Origin: Schmidtea polychroa
Lineage: Eukaryota
Length of the DNA: 64,000 bases
Assembly (NCBI GenBank): GCA_044892525.1
Contig: CM097885.1
Coordinates: 47,679,727-47,743,726, forward strand
Direction of reading: 5' to 3'
This document shows, piece by piece, positions 38,767 to 50,778 of the stretch. The translations under genes were made by a program, and so were the position numbers. Below the pieces are notes generated by a model. That model ran no database searches, was not told the origin of the DNA, and was given only the letters and a program-made list of their open reading frames with translations. Each line of letters starts with the position of its first letter. The stretch's first letter is position 1.

Positions 38767-39851
38767 TGGCGACCATTCCAACGGATCTGCTTATTGGAAG
38801 ATTACTTCCAGAAAAATTCCACAGAGGAGATGACCTCGAATTATTTATCAAAGAATGTCAGAGGTTCTTTGAAATAACGAAGACACCAGTGAAGACCCAA
38901 ATGGTACTAGTTATTACACTTCTGGACAGGACTTTGATTGAAGAATATGAAACCGCAGAAGGTAAAACCGTTGAACAGAAATTAAGAGCAGCTTTTCATC
39001 AACCAACGTCATTGATTGATGACTTAAGAGAAGCCTTGAACTACGAGCAAGGTAACGAATCAGCGGAAATATTTATAGAGAAAATATCAAAAATGACTAA
39101 AAAATTGGCCTCACACACTTGGAATGAGGAAGAAATTCAGAAATGTTTATTGACACATTGTGTAAAAGATAAAGAAGTCAGGAAAGAAATCGAAATGAAA
39201 GATCTCAAAACGTCGGAACAAATTAAAGAAACTATAAAGAAGATAGAAAAAGTTAACAAGGTTATTGAACAAGTAAACACGGTGAGATCAATACGACCTA
39301 CAACTGGGGGAAGAACTTATAGAGATGTAGTACAAGTTGGAGCCACGAAGAGAAAAATCAACGAATGGAAACCAGAGACAAGAATTAAAGTGATAGAATG
39401 CTGGACGTGTCAAAAACCGGGACACAGTAGCAGAGAATGTAATATAAAAAGAAGATTTCAATGTTATGCATGTGGTGTTGAAGGTCACATACGAAGAGAA
39501 TGCCCAACAATCAAATGTCATAGATGCAATGCTCGAGGACACAAAGAAATAGAGTGCTACACAAATATGGAAAGACGAAATCAAGGAAGAGATCGAGACC
39601 AAAGGAAGATGTCAGGAGGAAGAATTCAAAGAAATACCTATCAACAAAGGGAAGATATGTATCAATCAAGGAACGTACATCAAAGACAATGGGGAAACCA
39701 ACAATATAACAGAAAAGATATTGCAGCTATCGAGTCTGATGATGAGATGATGAATACAAAACAGTCAAGCCAGCCAGACGAGTATAACAGGGAGAATGAC
39801 CCAAACGAGCACGCTCCGTCAAACGGGACATTGATCGGAGCAATTTACTAA
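38766..39851 (+). CDS. gag: Gag with three CCHC zinc knuckles
   Basis: CWTCQKPGHSSREC, CYACGVEGHIRREC, CHRCNARGHKEIEC; a further in-frame ATG lies at 38733 inside the LTR. Confidence 0.92.
   Translation: MATIPTDLLIGRLLPEKFHRGDDLELFIKECQRFFEITKTPVKTQMVLVITLLDRTLIEEYETAEGKTVEQKLRAAFHQPTSLIDDLREALNYEQGNESAEIFIEKISKMTKKLASHTWNEEEIQKCLLTHCVKDKEVRKEIEMKDLKTSEQIKETIKKIEKVNKVIEQVNTVRSIRPTTGGRTYRDVVQVGATKRKINEWKPETRIKVIECWTCQKPGHSSRECNIKRRFQCYACGVEGHIRRECPTIKCHRCNARGHKEIECYTNMERRNQGRDRDQRKMSGGRIQRNTYQQREDMYQSRNVHQRQWGNQQYNRKDIAAIESDDEMMNTKQSSQPDEYNRENDPNEHAPSNGTLIGAIY
39800..39841 (+). promoter_or_regulatory. -1 programmed ribosomal frameshift signal
   Basis: C CCA AAC heptamer in the gag phase; 6-nt spacer; stem-loop GCTCCG-TCAA/TTGA-t-CGGAGC; pol lies in the -1 frame and opens exactly here. 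Confidence 0.75.
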
Positions 39852-42800
39852 GTAATATTGATTTCAACCAAAGAATGAATGCTAACGGTATGTGTAATTT
39901 AAGTATGTATGATGATTGTATGATTGATAAAGATTGTAGTGTTTTTGAACGTGATATTAATAATAATAGTAGTGTAGAAATCAAAAAGTCGAATGATAAG
40001 GAAATTCAGAAAAAATTTAAAGAGGAGTGTAAAGTAAATGAATTAGTAAAACACGAGGAAAGAACTATAGAGAAAATTTACAAATTCCTCAAGAAAAATG
40101 GAGACGTGTGTATTAATGAAATTGTAGAAGATACTAGAGAGCAGAATATTTTGTCAGTAGAAGAACAAAAAAGTCCAGTAATAACATATAATATAATGCA
40201 AGGTAGACCGAGTACAACACTGGATATCCAAGGGCGGAAAGTAGATTGTTTATTGGATACAGGAGCGCGAATTAATGTGATGGCTAAATCTGTAATTGAT
40301 CGATTAGAAAATATCGAAATATTAGAAACAAGGGAATCGCTAAGATGTGCAAACAACAGTAGATTAGAAACTATGGGTAAAATAAACATCAATGTTAAAA
40401 TGGGCAGTATTGAAAGAAATGTAACATTCATTATAGTAAAGAATTTAATACCAGAAATTATTGGAGTAGAACTACAAAGGTTATTTGGTATAGAATTGAA
40501 ATGTATACTAGAAGAACATGAAAAACGTAGTGATTTCATTTGCGAAATAGAAGCTAGATTTGGGCGGATTATAACAGATGAAGAAAGATTACGTCATGCC
40601 ATCGACGTTTTAAAGGTTACCAGAAATAAGAGACTGTTAGAAATATTTCAGGCAAACAAGAATGTTTTTATGGCAGATAAATGGGACATTGGGTGTACCA
40701 ATCTGATAAAACATAAGATCATCACGAAAGGAGAGCCAATAATGATTAAACCGAGACGTCAGCCAATAAATTTGGAAGACAAGATTGAGGAAGCAATAAA
40801 AAATCTAGAAAACAACGGAATAATTAGGAAGTGTAATTCACCGTGGAACACACCTTTAGTTTGTGTATGGAAGAAAGAGAAAAAAGACATCAGGCTTTGT
40901 CTAGACTTCAGACAATTAAACAAGATAACAGAAAGACAAGCATTTCCAATGCCAAATGTAGATGAAATTTTAGACATCCTACACGGATCCAGATATTTTA
41001 GCTCAATCGACTTGGGAAATGCTTATTACCGAGTGAAGTTAGATAAAGAATCTCAAGAGAAAACAGCATTCTCAACAAAAGAAGGACAGTTCTGTTTTAA
41101 CAGGATGCCGTTCGGTATTGCAGCGGCACCAGGAACATTTCAAGAATTAATGACGAAAGTATTGAAAGATTTGTGGAAAGATGGAGTGATGGTATATTTA
41201 GACGACATCCTAATATTCACAAAGACAGAAGAAGACCATTATAACATATTTGGAAAAGTCCTAGGGAAGATCGCAACAGCAGGACTAAGATTGAACCCCG
41301 AAAAATGTCAAATATTTAGAAAAGAAGTGAAGTTTCTGGGACACATTATAAATAAAGACGGCATACAAACAGATAATACTAAGATAGAAGCAATACAATC
41401 ATTTCAAAAGCTAAAATGTGTAAAGAATCTGAGGAGCTTTCTGGGTATCTGTAACTATTATCGACGGTTCATAAAAGACTATGCAAAGAAGGCAAGAGCA
41501 CTAGAAAGCATATGCGGAAAAAACAATGAGAAAATAAGATGGACAGAGATGTGTGAAAAGGCTTTCGGGGAAATGAAAGAAGCATTGATAACCGCCCCAG
41601 TATTGGTATTTCCAGATTTCAGAAAAGAATTTATATTAGACACAGACGCGAGCTTCGATACTATTGGAGCAGTTCTTTCGCAAAAGGATGAAAAAGGACA
41701 TGAACATGTTATTGCATATGGTTCACATGCGATGAGCAGCCACGAAAAAGGATACTGCATTACCAGAAAAGAATTATTGGCAATATACTATTTTTGTAAA
41801 CATTTCAACCATTACTTATATGGTAAGAGATTCGTACTGAGAACGGACCATAAAGCTATTACGTTTATGGTAACAACAAAGAAACCAATAACTGCTCAAT
41901 TCCAGACATGGATCAACTATTTAAGCAGCCTGGATATTAAAATGGAATACAGGAAAGGAACAAGCCATACAAACGCGGATATGCTATCCAGGAAAACATG
42001 CGGAACATGTGTACAGTGTATGATGGAACACGAAGACCCAAAAACCGGCAAAATTAAAACCAGAATATTAACAGTAACAGCAGAAGGCGGATATAACAAG
42101 TGGCAAAATGACAATATGGAGGTCCAAGAAATAAAGAATAAGTTAGAAAATAAAGATTGTAAGTTCATAATGGAAAACAACACGGTACTAACTAAGCAAG
42201 GTAAAATATGGATACCGTCAGATAATAGACAGAGGATGATAAAAGAAGTACACGTATTACTGTGCCATGCAGGTGCACAGAAAGTAACGAAATATATCCA
42301 TAATAACTGCGACATGGAAAATTTAGCAACGGAAGTAAAAAAGGTAATTGAGAACTGCGAAAGATGTCAGAAAATGAAAACGATAAAAACCAAGACAAAG
42401 GAGGAAACTCAAACAATAAAGAGTACAGAACCATTCGAGAAGATATATATGGATATATGTGGGCCATTGAAAGAAACGTTCAACAAAAAGAAATATATTT
42501 GCGGAATCATTGACCACTATAGTAAATACATCTCATTAACGGCCATAAACAAGCAAGACGAAAAAACAATTAGTGAGACGTTATTAAATAAATGGATATT
42601 AAAGTTTGGAGCTCCAAAAGAACTTCATGTAGATTGTGGGAAGAACTTTGAAGCAAGAAGTATAAAAGAACTAGCAAAGGCAGCTGGCATTGAATTAATT
42701 TTCTCAAGCCCATATCACCATAACACGAATGGTATTATTGAAAGACAATTCAGAACAATCAGAGAGTATATTAACGCGTCATTGAATGAAGGAAGGAAAA

Positions 42801-43213
42801 ACTGGGTTGATATAGTGCCAGAAATAGAATATACTTTAAATGCAACAGTTCAAAAAACAACGGGAGTAAGCCCAGCAGAGATTATATTTGGGAGGAAAAT
42901 CGACAGAATGAAATGGTACTCGAATAAAGAAATAAATAGAGAAGATATGGAAAAGAGAATAGAGGATAAAACACTAAAACCAAAAATAAGCAAAACAGTG
43001 AGAGATTTTGAAATGGAAGATTTGGTTTTGATCAAACAAGAAATTCGAAATAAAGACGATGCAAGGTGGGAAGGGCCGTACAAAGTGATAAAGAAAATAC
43101 ATGAACGGAGCTACTTACTTAAAGATCAAAATGGGAAGATGGTAGTCAGAAATGTTGAGAAGATCAAACATTTTAAAAAAGGGGGATGTGAGGAGTTAAA
43201 ATTAAAATACTAA
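39800..43213 (+). CDS. pol: Pol (PR-RT-RNase H-IN), probably expressed by frameshift; first ATG at 39875
   Basis: LLDTGA, YLDD, TDAS..E..TDH, HHCC, D..D35E, GPY; no stop codons; ends inside the 3' LTR. Confidence 0.95.
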   Translation, partial: PKRARSVKRDIDRSNLLSNIDFNQRMNANGMCNLSMYDDCMIDKDCSVFERDINNNSSVEIKKSNDKEIQKKFKEECKVNELVKHEERTIEKIYKFLKKNGDVCINEIVEDTREQNILSVEEQKSPVITYNIMQGRPSTTLDIQGRKVDCLLDTGARINVMAKSVIDRLENIEILETRESLRCANNSRLETMGKININVKMGSIERNVTFIIVKNLIPEIIGVELQRLFGIELKCILEEHEKRSDFICEIEARFGRIITDEERLRHAIDVLKVTRNKRLLEIFQANKNVFMADKWDIGCTNLIKHKIITKGEPIMIKPRRQPINLEDKIEEAIKNLENNGIIRKCNSPWNTPLVCVWKKEKKDIRLCLDFRQLNKITERQAFPMPNVDEILDILHGSRYFSSIDLGNAYYRVKLDKESQEKTAFSTKEGQFCFNRMPFGIAAAPGTFQELMTKVLKDLWKDGVMVYLDDILIFTKTEEDHYNIFGKVLGKIATAGLRLNPEKCQIFRKEVKFLGHIINKDGIQTDNTKIEAIQSFQKLKCVKNLRSFLGICNYYRRFIKDYAKKARALESICGKNNEKIRWTEMCEKAFGEMKEALITAPVLVFPDFRKEFILDTDASFDTIGAVLSQKDEKGHEHVIAYGSHAMSSHEKGYCITRKELLAIYYFCKHFNHYLYGKRFVLRTDHKAITFMVTTKKPITAQFQTWINYLSSLDIKMEYRKGTSHTNADMLSRKTCGTCVQCMMEHEDPKTGKIKTRILTVTAEGGYNKWQNDNMEVQEIKNKLENKDCKFIMENNTVLTKQGKIWIPSDNRQRMIKEVHVLLCHAGAQKVTKYIHNNCDMENLATEVKKVIENCERCQKMKTIKTKTKEETQTIKSTEPFEKIYMDICGPLKETFNKKKYICGIIDHYSKYISLTAINKQDEKTISETLLNKWILKFGAPKELHVDCGKNFEARSIKELAKAAGIELIFSSPYHHNTNGIIERQFRTIREYINASLNEGRKNWVDIVPEIEYTLNATVQKTTGVSPAEIIFGRKIDRMKWYSNKEINREDMEKRIEDKTLKPKISKTVRDFEMEDLVLIKQEIRNKDDARWEGPYKVIKKIHERSYLLKDQNGKMVVRNVEKIKHFKKGGCEELKLKY

Positions 43214-43503
43214 ATTAAATTAGTTCATGATTAAAATTTGTAAAATTTTAATTGAAACTTAAATTATTTTAAGATATTAAAATTGAAATGATAATTGAAA
43301 TTTTAAAATAAAATAATTTTTAATAAAATTGAAATTCAAGTATGAATGCGATGGTATGTTGATATTTGGTTGAAATTAAAATTTAGAAAATGTCCCAAGA
43401 ATATTTGTTTATAAAATCAGATTTAATGAAATATAATTTTGGATTTAATAGTCTTAGTAATTTATTTTGATGACAGAAGAATTAAATGTTATAGCTTCTA
43501 ACA
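43187..43503 (+). repeat. 3' LTR (317 bp)
   Basis: Directly follows the PPT; TG...CA; followed by TSD AAAGT. Confidence 0.95.
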
Positions 43504-46441
43504 AAAGTAATAGAAGCAGATCATTGAGTCTAACAGCTGCCACCACGAAAATTTTGTATTTAACTAGAAGAAGAAAGTTATTAAACAGAACAATTTTGAT
43601 CAAGCAATATTAGCTTTGACAAAACAATTAGAATGCAGAAAGAAAACTAAAAAGCTATATAAGCTTACAGTAACTCCTGAAAAGAAGAAACTTACAAGCA
43701 ATAGCATTCTTAGCCATAAGGTTAATTGAATCCTATTTGGTATTAATTTTATTAAATTAAATAACCTGTACAGCCAGACCGCGAGAAGCAGCAATTCGGA
43801 ATGACTTACTCCCCGGATTTAAATTTATAGAGGGAATTAGGTAAAGGTAGATCGATCTTGATCTACACGATCGCGCAAACTCCGGGAAAATCCCTCCATC
43901 TTGACCCATTCTTTCATACAGCGCTGAGGAATAACCGATTTCTTTACATTAGTGTTGAGCGGCATTTTTGGGAAACACACTTATTATTATTTGTAAATTT
44001 TGTATATATAATCTTTTAGAAATAAGCGTCTTGATTATTTCATATCGATATATTTATATATACCTACGCGCAAATATATTTATATCTTTGGAGTCAGATA
44101 TAGTCTGTGTTAGGAAGAATCTATCTACCAGATTAGAACATAACAGAAGCTCGACACGAATCTTTACTTCTGCATATTGAGGTACGTTGGTTATCACAAA
44201 CCAAAGTGTTGAATCGAATTTTGGAACTGAAGAATGAATTTTCCATATTTTTTGAAAACGAAATTAACAATGCTTTTAAAACTTATTTAACAGACAAATT
44301 TGGTGCATGAAAATGGCATATTTAGCCGATATTTTTACTTATTTAAATATTGTTAATGCTAAGTAAAAACAAAAATGTTTTAACATCCTCTGATAAATAA
44401 TCACGAAATATTACACCTTCATTCTCGATCGATAAACTATCAGCATTTAGGAAAAAACTTTCGTTTTGGAGTACATGTATAATTCAAAAAGAACAATAGA
44501 CATGTTTCCTTCAGTCCAAATTCAAAATCATAATGCCGATGAAATAATGCCTATTATTACTCAACATTTAGAATTATTAGACGAAAAAATTGCTAAATAT
44601 TCTCCTGATTTAAAGATTGAAAATTATGGGTGGTGCGAAATCCATTTGCCGTAGCCGACAGACCACATTATCATTTTTCGTTAACAGAAGAGGAAGATCG
44701 TTCTATCAAAATGAAATTTTCCGAATTAACAATTGAAGAATTTTGGATATCCGTTCAAACCGAATTTAAAACAATTTCCAGAAAAGTCATTAAACTTTTA
44801 TTACAATTTTTATGCGAGCTTGGTTTTTCAACATTAATCAATATCAAAACAAAACGTTAAATATATGAAAAAAAAATGCGTGTAGCAATCTCACACATAA
44901 GACCCGACATTGTTACTATTTGTAAAAATCACCAGACTCAAGCATCAAATTAAAATTATTCAATTCAAATATTATTAATAATATTCTTAATTTATCTGTA
45001 TTTTTATTGTATTTGTATTTTTCAAAAAATTCAGAAATATATGCTTTTTCAGAATTCAATTTAGTTTTAAAATTGGAATTTTCTTTTTCAAAAAAATTCT
45101 CGCGGTGTGGGAGGTCTTCTCAACTCCCCACAATACCAACTATAAAGTTTAGATAGGTTTGGCGCTTCACGAAATATTGCACCTTCGTTCTCGATCGGTT
45201 CTTAGTTGAAAGGACCCCAGTTGTTCAGCTAAATATTTTGAGATAACAAAGTGCTCCTTCATTACCAAAAAGTTAAGAACCACTGGGTTAGACCAAAAGA
45301 GTTCTAACTGCAACAATCTTCCTTTGATACAGTGATGATGATACTTTGACTAGACGACTATGACTAACAAAGCTGCTACAGCATGCTTCCTGGAAGGCTA
45401 GAGGACAGTTTAATACAAGGTGTAATGCATTGTTATATTTTATTTTATTTTTATTTGTTGGTTGTTTTAGTTCAATGTAAGTAATAATTCTGCACGTTAC
45501 ACGTGGAGAAGACTTTTTTATCTTTTTTTTAAAAAAAAATAAACTATATAGCGATAATTTACCATAGTAAATTATCGCTATAGAAAATGGATCAAAAATA
45601 AAAAAATCAATAAAAAATTTAAAAAAACTATAAGAAGAAACTATTCAAGGATTTAACTTAAATAGAAAATATTCAAGTATAAACAACGAAATATACCGAA
45701 AAGAAAATATTCTTAATCTTAGAAAATATTTGAAAGAAGGTGACAAAAGATATAATACAAAAACAAGGTTGATTAATTTATTTATTTTTTAATAAAAGTT
45801 GTAGTTATCGTTGGCGTTTATTTATCTTTTATATTCTAATTGGTAGCTAGGCGTACACTCGACTTATTCGACTTATTCATAAACTCGACCTATTCATAAC
45901 ATACACGCACGCCAACTGTCCCAAACAGTCATTTTTGCGGAGACTCTGTTGGCCTCAACAATCTTCCTCTACTCAGCATCACCTCTACTCAATATCTCCA
46001 CGTCATTTTTCTTTTAAGGAATAAGTAACATAAAACAAGGTAACATATTCTAGCAGGAATGCATGCATCTAGTGTATGAGTACAAATAAACTGTTCCAAC
46101 TGTCTGTGAATTTGTAATTAGCATTATATTATGGTACCTACATTTCGTTAACATTAAAATGACGTCACGATTGGTGGGTGGATGGTCCAAAAATGGTCAT
46201 TGTTGGAGTGAAGTAATTATGCAATGACTCCTAATGTATTTTCATTTTCACGTCCATGGAGCACATGTGATTTATTTATAGGCATTCATTAGGAGAACGG
46301 ATTAATAAAATTAAACTCAAGATTAAAAAAATAATTTCGGAATCGTTAGAAAAAGTGCTATTGGGAGAAAATTCATGAAAAACAATGGTTAAATATACTC
46401 AAAAATATCTCAGATGAATTAAAGCTTGAAGAATTCGCAGT

Positions 46442-49345
46442 TAGAGGTTGTGATCGAGAATTCTCAACTGTTTACAATTTCTCGATTCTCGAGAATTTCA
46501 ATTTATTTTCTCGAGAAATAAAAAATTATAAGAATATTTTTAAATCTAAGCAGACTGAATTCAAAATTATGAAACTGGTGTATGTGAAATATTTTTTTCT
46601 ACATTGATATGATGTAGTAGTTATTATATCGTTAAACGTAAAATATTTATTTTTAAAAAAAATTCTAGGAAGTAGGCATGTTGTATTGTAAAAACTTTAT
46701 ACATTTTTGGTAGGTTGTTCAGTCATTTTTGGTTACTCATTCATTTCATACATATTCATACAATTTGTAAGTTTAAAAATTAAAGTGCAATTATCATTTA
46801 TTTCTTTTAAAAGTGAGGTGAGATTATATTTATATTTTGTTAAGCTGTTAATCAATCAAACGTAAGTACATTTAGAATATAATATTTTGCGGACTATTTT
46901 TTAACTTACGACACAATTTAATAATACATTTTTAATATAGATTTTTTAGCCATAAAATGGAACAGGCACGTTACGAAAATTGTTTGCAACATTTTAAAAA
47001 AAAACTTGGTGATAAGGATACAGCTATTTGCAATTTGTGTAAAAAATCCATATCATGCAAAGCATCGCAAACGACTGGACTTTATCGCCATTTAACTGGT
47101 CATCATAGCATGAAGATGATTGCTAAAGATGACTGTGCAGCTGCAGGCACTTCAAAATCAAATTCAACGCTGGACAAATTTCTGACTATGCAAATAATGA
47201 TCTTGAAACATTGGAAGAAATTGTGGCTAAATTAGCAGCCAAAGATGGTTTCAGTATTTTGGGAATAACTAAAAGCGAGTTCTTTCGTAAAAGTATTAAA
47301 AACAGGGATTTTCTTTACCACAGAAGCCGTCAGATGTCATGAATTTGGTGTATAAGTATTATTGCTTAGTGAAAGACAAACTAGTTCTTAGAATTAAAAC
47401 GCTAAAAGAACAGAATATGAAATTTAGTTTGTCCATTGATGAATGGACCAGCTTTAAAAACCGACGACACATGAACGTCCACCTATACTTTGGAGCTTTG
47501 GATTCAGTTAATTTAGGATTAATCCCAATAACAGGAAGCTGCCCTGCTGAAAAAATTGTAGAAATGGTGAATTCAAAATTGGAATCGTTTGGTATCTGTT
47601 TTTCCAAAGATATTGTAGCTACTACATCAGATGGTGCGAGCGTTATGGTGAAATATGGAAAATTATCACCTGCTCATCTACAAATGTGCTACAATCACGC
47701 TATCCATTTGGCGATTATGTCGGTTTTATATGCATCTAAAACAACAAATAATGAGGCCAGCGATGACGAAAATTCCAATTGTACCTCAAACGAAGATGAA
47801 CAGGAAGATAATTTTTTTGGGTATAGTAGATAATCAGATAGATTCAATTTCTCCAAATCGGTTGATATTGATAATCAATCCCCGTATAAATATACGTGAC
47901 ACTATTCAGAAGATTCGAAAAGTGGTTAAATTTTTTAGGAAATCACCGGTGAGAAATAGTGTTTTACAAAATCACGTAAAAGCCGCAGAGCAAAAGGAGC
48001 TAGCCCTCTTATTGGATTGTAAGACTAGGTGGAATACCTTAGAGTCAATGGTAAAACGATTTCTTCGTATAATTGAGCCTATAAAAAAGGCTTTAGAAGA
48101 TCTTAATATGGATTATCTTTTGATCAATGATGATATTACTAACGCCAGAAATATTTTGGATGTTTTGCAACCTGTCCGAATAGCAATAGATGTATTAAGT
48201 CGTAATGATACTACCCTATTGACAGCAGGAGTCCTAAAATTTCTTTTTCAAGCGCTAAAAAAATCATTCCGTTTTAGCTTTAAAATTAAAAGATGAATTA
48301 AAAGATCGTATAGGAAAGAGACGGGATAAATCATTAGTGTCTCTTTTGAAATTTTTACAGGATCCATCCTCTCTGGAAAATGTGGAAGATGAATTTTTCA
48401 GCATGACCAGCAAAAATGAAATCACCAAATCAGCTAAAAACTTGATGGTAAGGCTTTTCCCTGCACCACTTCATGAATCACATGGTAATGAAAATTTGGC
48501 AGAGCATGCAGAAATAATGGAAATTGAAAATTCAGAATTCGAACCGAATGATATGAACCAGCAGAATACGCACATTACTAAGGAAGAAATTCTGAAAAAG
48601 CAGCTGGAAAATTTCATTTGTGAAAGCAACAAGAGTTCTCAGATGTCAGATACAGACTTTAAAACATTGTCGAGAGAAATTAATATATTTTCTGTCAATG
48701 GCAAACTTACTCCAAACTTATCGTTGCTTCAAGCAGCATTACTAACAATAAAACCAACTTCAACACAAAACGAAAGGAATTTCTCAATTGCGGGAAATTT
48801 TGTTTCGAAGAAAAGAACAAGTTTGTCAGATAGATCTATTGATAGTCTCTGCTTTTTAAAGCATCATTTTATATAATGGATTTCGTTTTCTTTTTGTGTT
48901 AAAAATAAATATTGAAGAGTTTCGTTTTGTTTTCGTTTTGTTTATATAATGAATTTCGTTTTTTTGTCAAAAATAAATACATATTATTTTAATAAATAAA
49001 TATAGTTAAAGTTAACTTTTATTAAATATTACATATTATAGCATTGATATTTTTTGAATTATTTTTATTTATTTTTACATTAAAATTACAAAAATGTAAT
49101 GCATATATAAGAATTTTAAATAAAATATAATGAATTTAGTTTTCTTTTTTGGTAAAAATAAATATTGTTTTAATAAATAAATATAGTTAACAAAACTTGT
49201 ATTAAATACAACCTATTTCTTCGTTTTTTCATTGGTCAATCTAATTTTTTTTAATTATCAGAATTTCTCGATAATTCTCGAGACAAGCGATTTGGGTTTC
49301 TCGATTTCTCGAGAAGTTTAATTTATCGAGAAATCACAACCTCTA
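46442..49345 (+). mobile_element. Full-length Ac-type hAT (ZBED1/4-like) with frameshifted transposase at 46957-48876
   Basis: TIR TAGAGGTTGTGAT; perfect TSD TTCGCAGT; TCTCGA subterminal repeats; BED finger, IDEWTS, TSDGAS, CYNH, TRWNT, PTSTQNERNFS. Confidence 0.96.
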
Positions 49346-49489
49346 TTCGCAGTTTGAAATTGCTGACTTAAACTATCTAATTCATCTATTTATTTGCAAA
49401 ATTCAGGTTTTTTTAATATTTGCTGGTTTTGTTAATTCTTACATAATATAAATTTCTAATATAAATTCATATTCATGATTTATGGTAAA

Positions 49490-49495
49490 TAAATA

Positions 49496-49546
<51 letters not shown>

Positions 49547-49565
49547 TAATAACTAATAATAAATA
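49490..49565. repeat. (AAT)n microsatellite
   Basis: Directly visible. Confidence 0.9.
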
Positions 49566-49629
49566 AATTTTATATATATTTTAATAAAAATATGAAGTAA
49601 TTTTCAACTATTATTTTGATTGGCTTGCT

Positions 49630-50440
49630 TGATCTCTAGCATAGACCCGCCATTTTCTAAGCATAATTGTATCAACATATCATTCATAGTCATAGTTCAT
49701 AACATTTTCGATAAGCTTAATAGCATTTCAATGCTCAACTTTCATCGATTTATTAATAAACGCTTTCATTTTCACTAGCAGCTGAATTTTCTTTTTGTCC
49801 AATTATTTCAACTTTTGATGATTTTAAAACATTTTGAATAATTTCCTGTAAATATTTCATTATCCAAATCATCATCGATTTTTAACCCATCATTTATGTC
49901 ATCAAAATGACGAGAATTCTTAAAAAATATTAACAATATCATTCTCTGTGTTATTTAGGTTTTTAGAGTCAAAATCTGATTCGGAGGGATGAAATTAGTC
50001 AATACTACATAGCTTTCTCCATTATTTTGTAAAAGTAGCATTCCTATATCATTAAAAGCCTGATTTCTTTTAATGAAGAAAATATGTCAGAATCCTTAAG
50101 CTTTCCAACAACTTAACCAACCTTCACTCGCTTCAAACTTTTTCCCGAATCACCATAAATATTTTTACTCGGTTAAATGGCTTTTTCATTTAAAAATGAC
50201 CACTAATAATAGTTTTTTTTTCATTCTTTTCAGTTGAAATCACAAATAGATCCTATACTTCATCATCAGCTTGTTTCGTGGTTTTCCGTTTTAAAAGATT
50301 TTTGCTAATTCTAAATTTGAAGCCCACTTTCGTATTTTTGATTCATTTTTTGATCCAACACCCAGTGTTAATTGAGTCACACTAGTTCTAATTTGTGTAT
50401 TCTCTGTGCTAATTTCGTTAACCTTTTCGATGTGTATTGT
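49630..50440 (-). mobile_element. pogo/Tigger (CENP-B-like) remnant
   Basis: FEASEGWLSCWK motif at ~50100-50150 on the minus strand; boundaries approximate. Confidence 0.6.
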
Positions 50441-50643
50441 TTTAATTGAAAAGTAGTTATTTAAGTCAAAATAAAATGTATTTTATAAATTCCTAAATCT
50501 TGTAGTGCGCTAAATTAAGATGTGAACTCTTTGAAATCTGCTTTTATCTCCTTACTTGTGAAAAATAATTTTTTGTATTTTGAATTAAATTGTTAAATAT
50601 GCATATTGACATAAATAAAAATATTAATTTTTTAAACACCCAC

Positions 50644-50778
50644 TTCATTTAAACAGAGAAATGTTATTATAGCCATTACAGGAGCAGCTAGAGAAAATAA
50701 TAGCAAATATCGCCTGATTTTCTGTCGTTCAATATTGTCATGTAAAAGAAACGACACGAATCCAAAAGCTGCTGGTCC
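50644..50778 (-). CDS. SLC39A9: ZIP9 exon 5
   Basis: tttag|GPAAFGFVSFLLH...RRYLLLFSLAAPVMAIITFLCLNE|gtggg; 45 codons, phase 0/0. Confidence 0.93.

Larger units (their letters stand above)
38473..43503 (+). mobile_element. Near-intact Ty3/gypsy LTR retrotransposon
   Basis: TSD AAAGT; LTRs 38473-38766 and 43187-43503 (TG..CA); candidate PBS TGGCGACC at 38767; PPT at 43175-43186. Confidence 0.97.
38106..44145. mobile_element. Probable ~1-kb solo LTR (38106-38472 plus 43509-44145) split by the gypsy element
   Basis: Non-coding; precisely interrupts the hAT ORF; ends ...TAACA; left end TTTGGGG (possibly mutated TG); degenerate 5-bp TSD GGAGT/GAAGC. Confidence 0.6.
36248..45285 (+). mobile_element. 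Buster/ZBED5-type hAT with decayed transposase, interrupted at ~38100-44145
   Basis: TIR CAGTGGTTCTTAAC; TSD GGTTAGAT/GGTTAGAC; the frame KKICTSM|EARHESLLLHIEVRWLS rejoins across the insertion. Confidence 0.9.
36120..46231. mobile_element. PIF/Harbinger-type non-autonomous element (outermost layer of the nest)
   Basis: TAA on both sides; 24-bp TIR GGAGT(A/C)ATT(A/G)CATAATTAC(G/T)TCAC. Confidence 0.7.

Noticed and set aside
39288..43083. Antisense ORFs over gag/pol
   Set aside because: Shadow frames of an A-rich coding strand; no recognisable domains.
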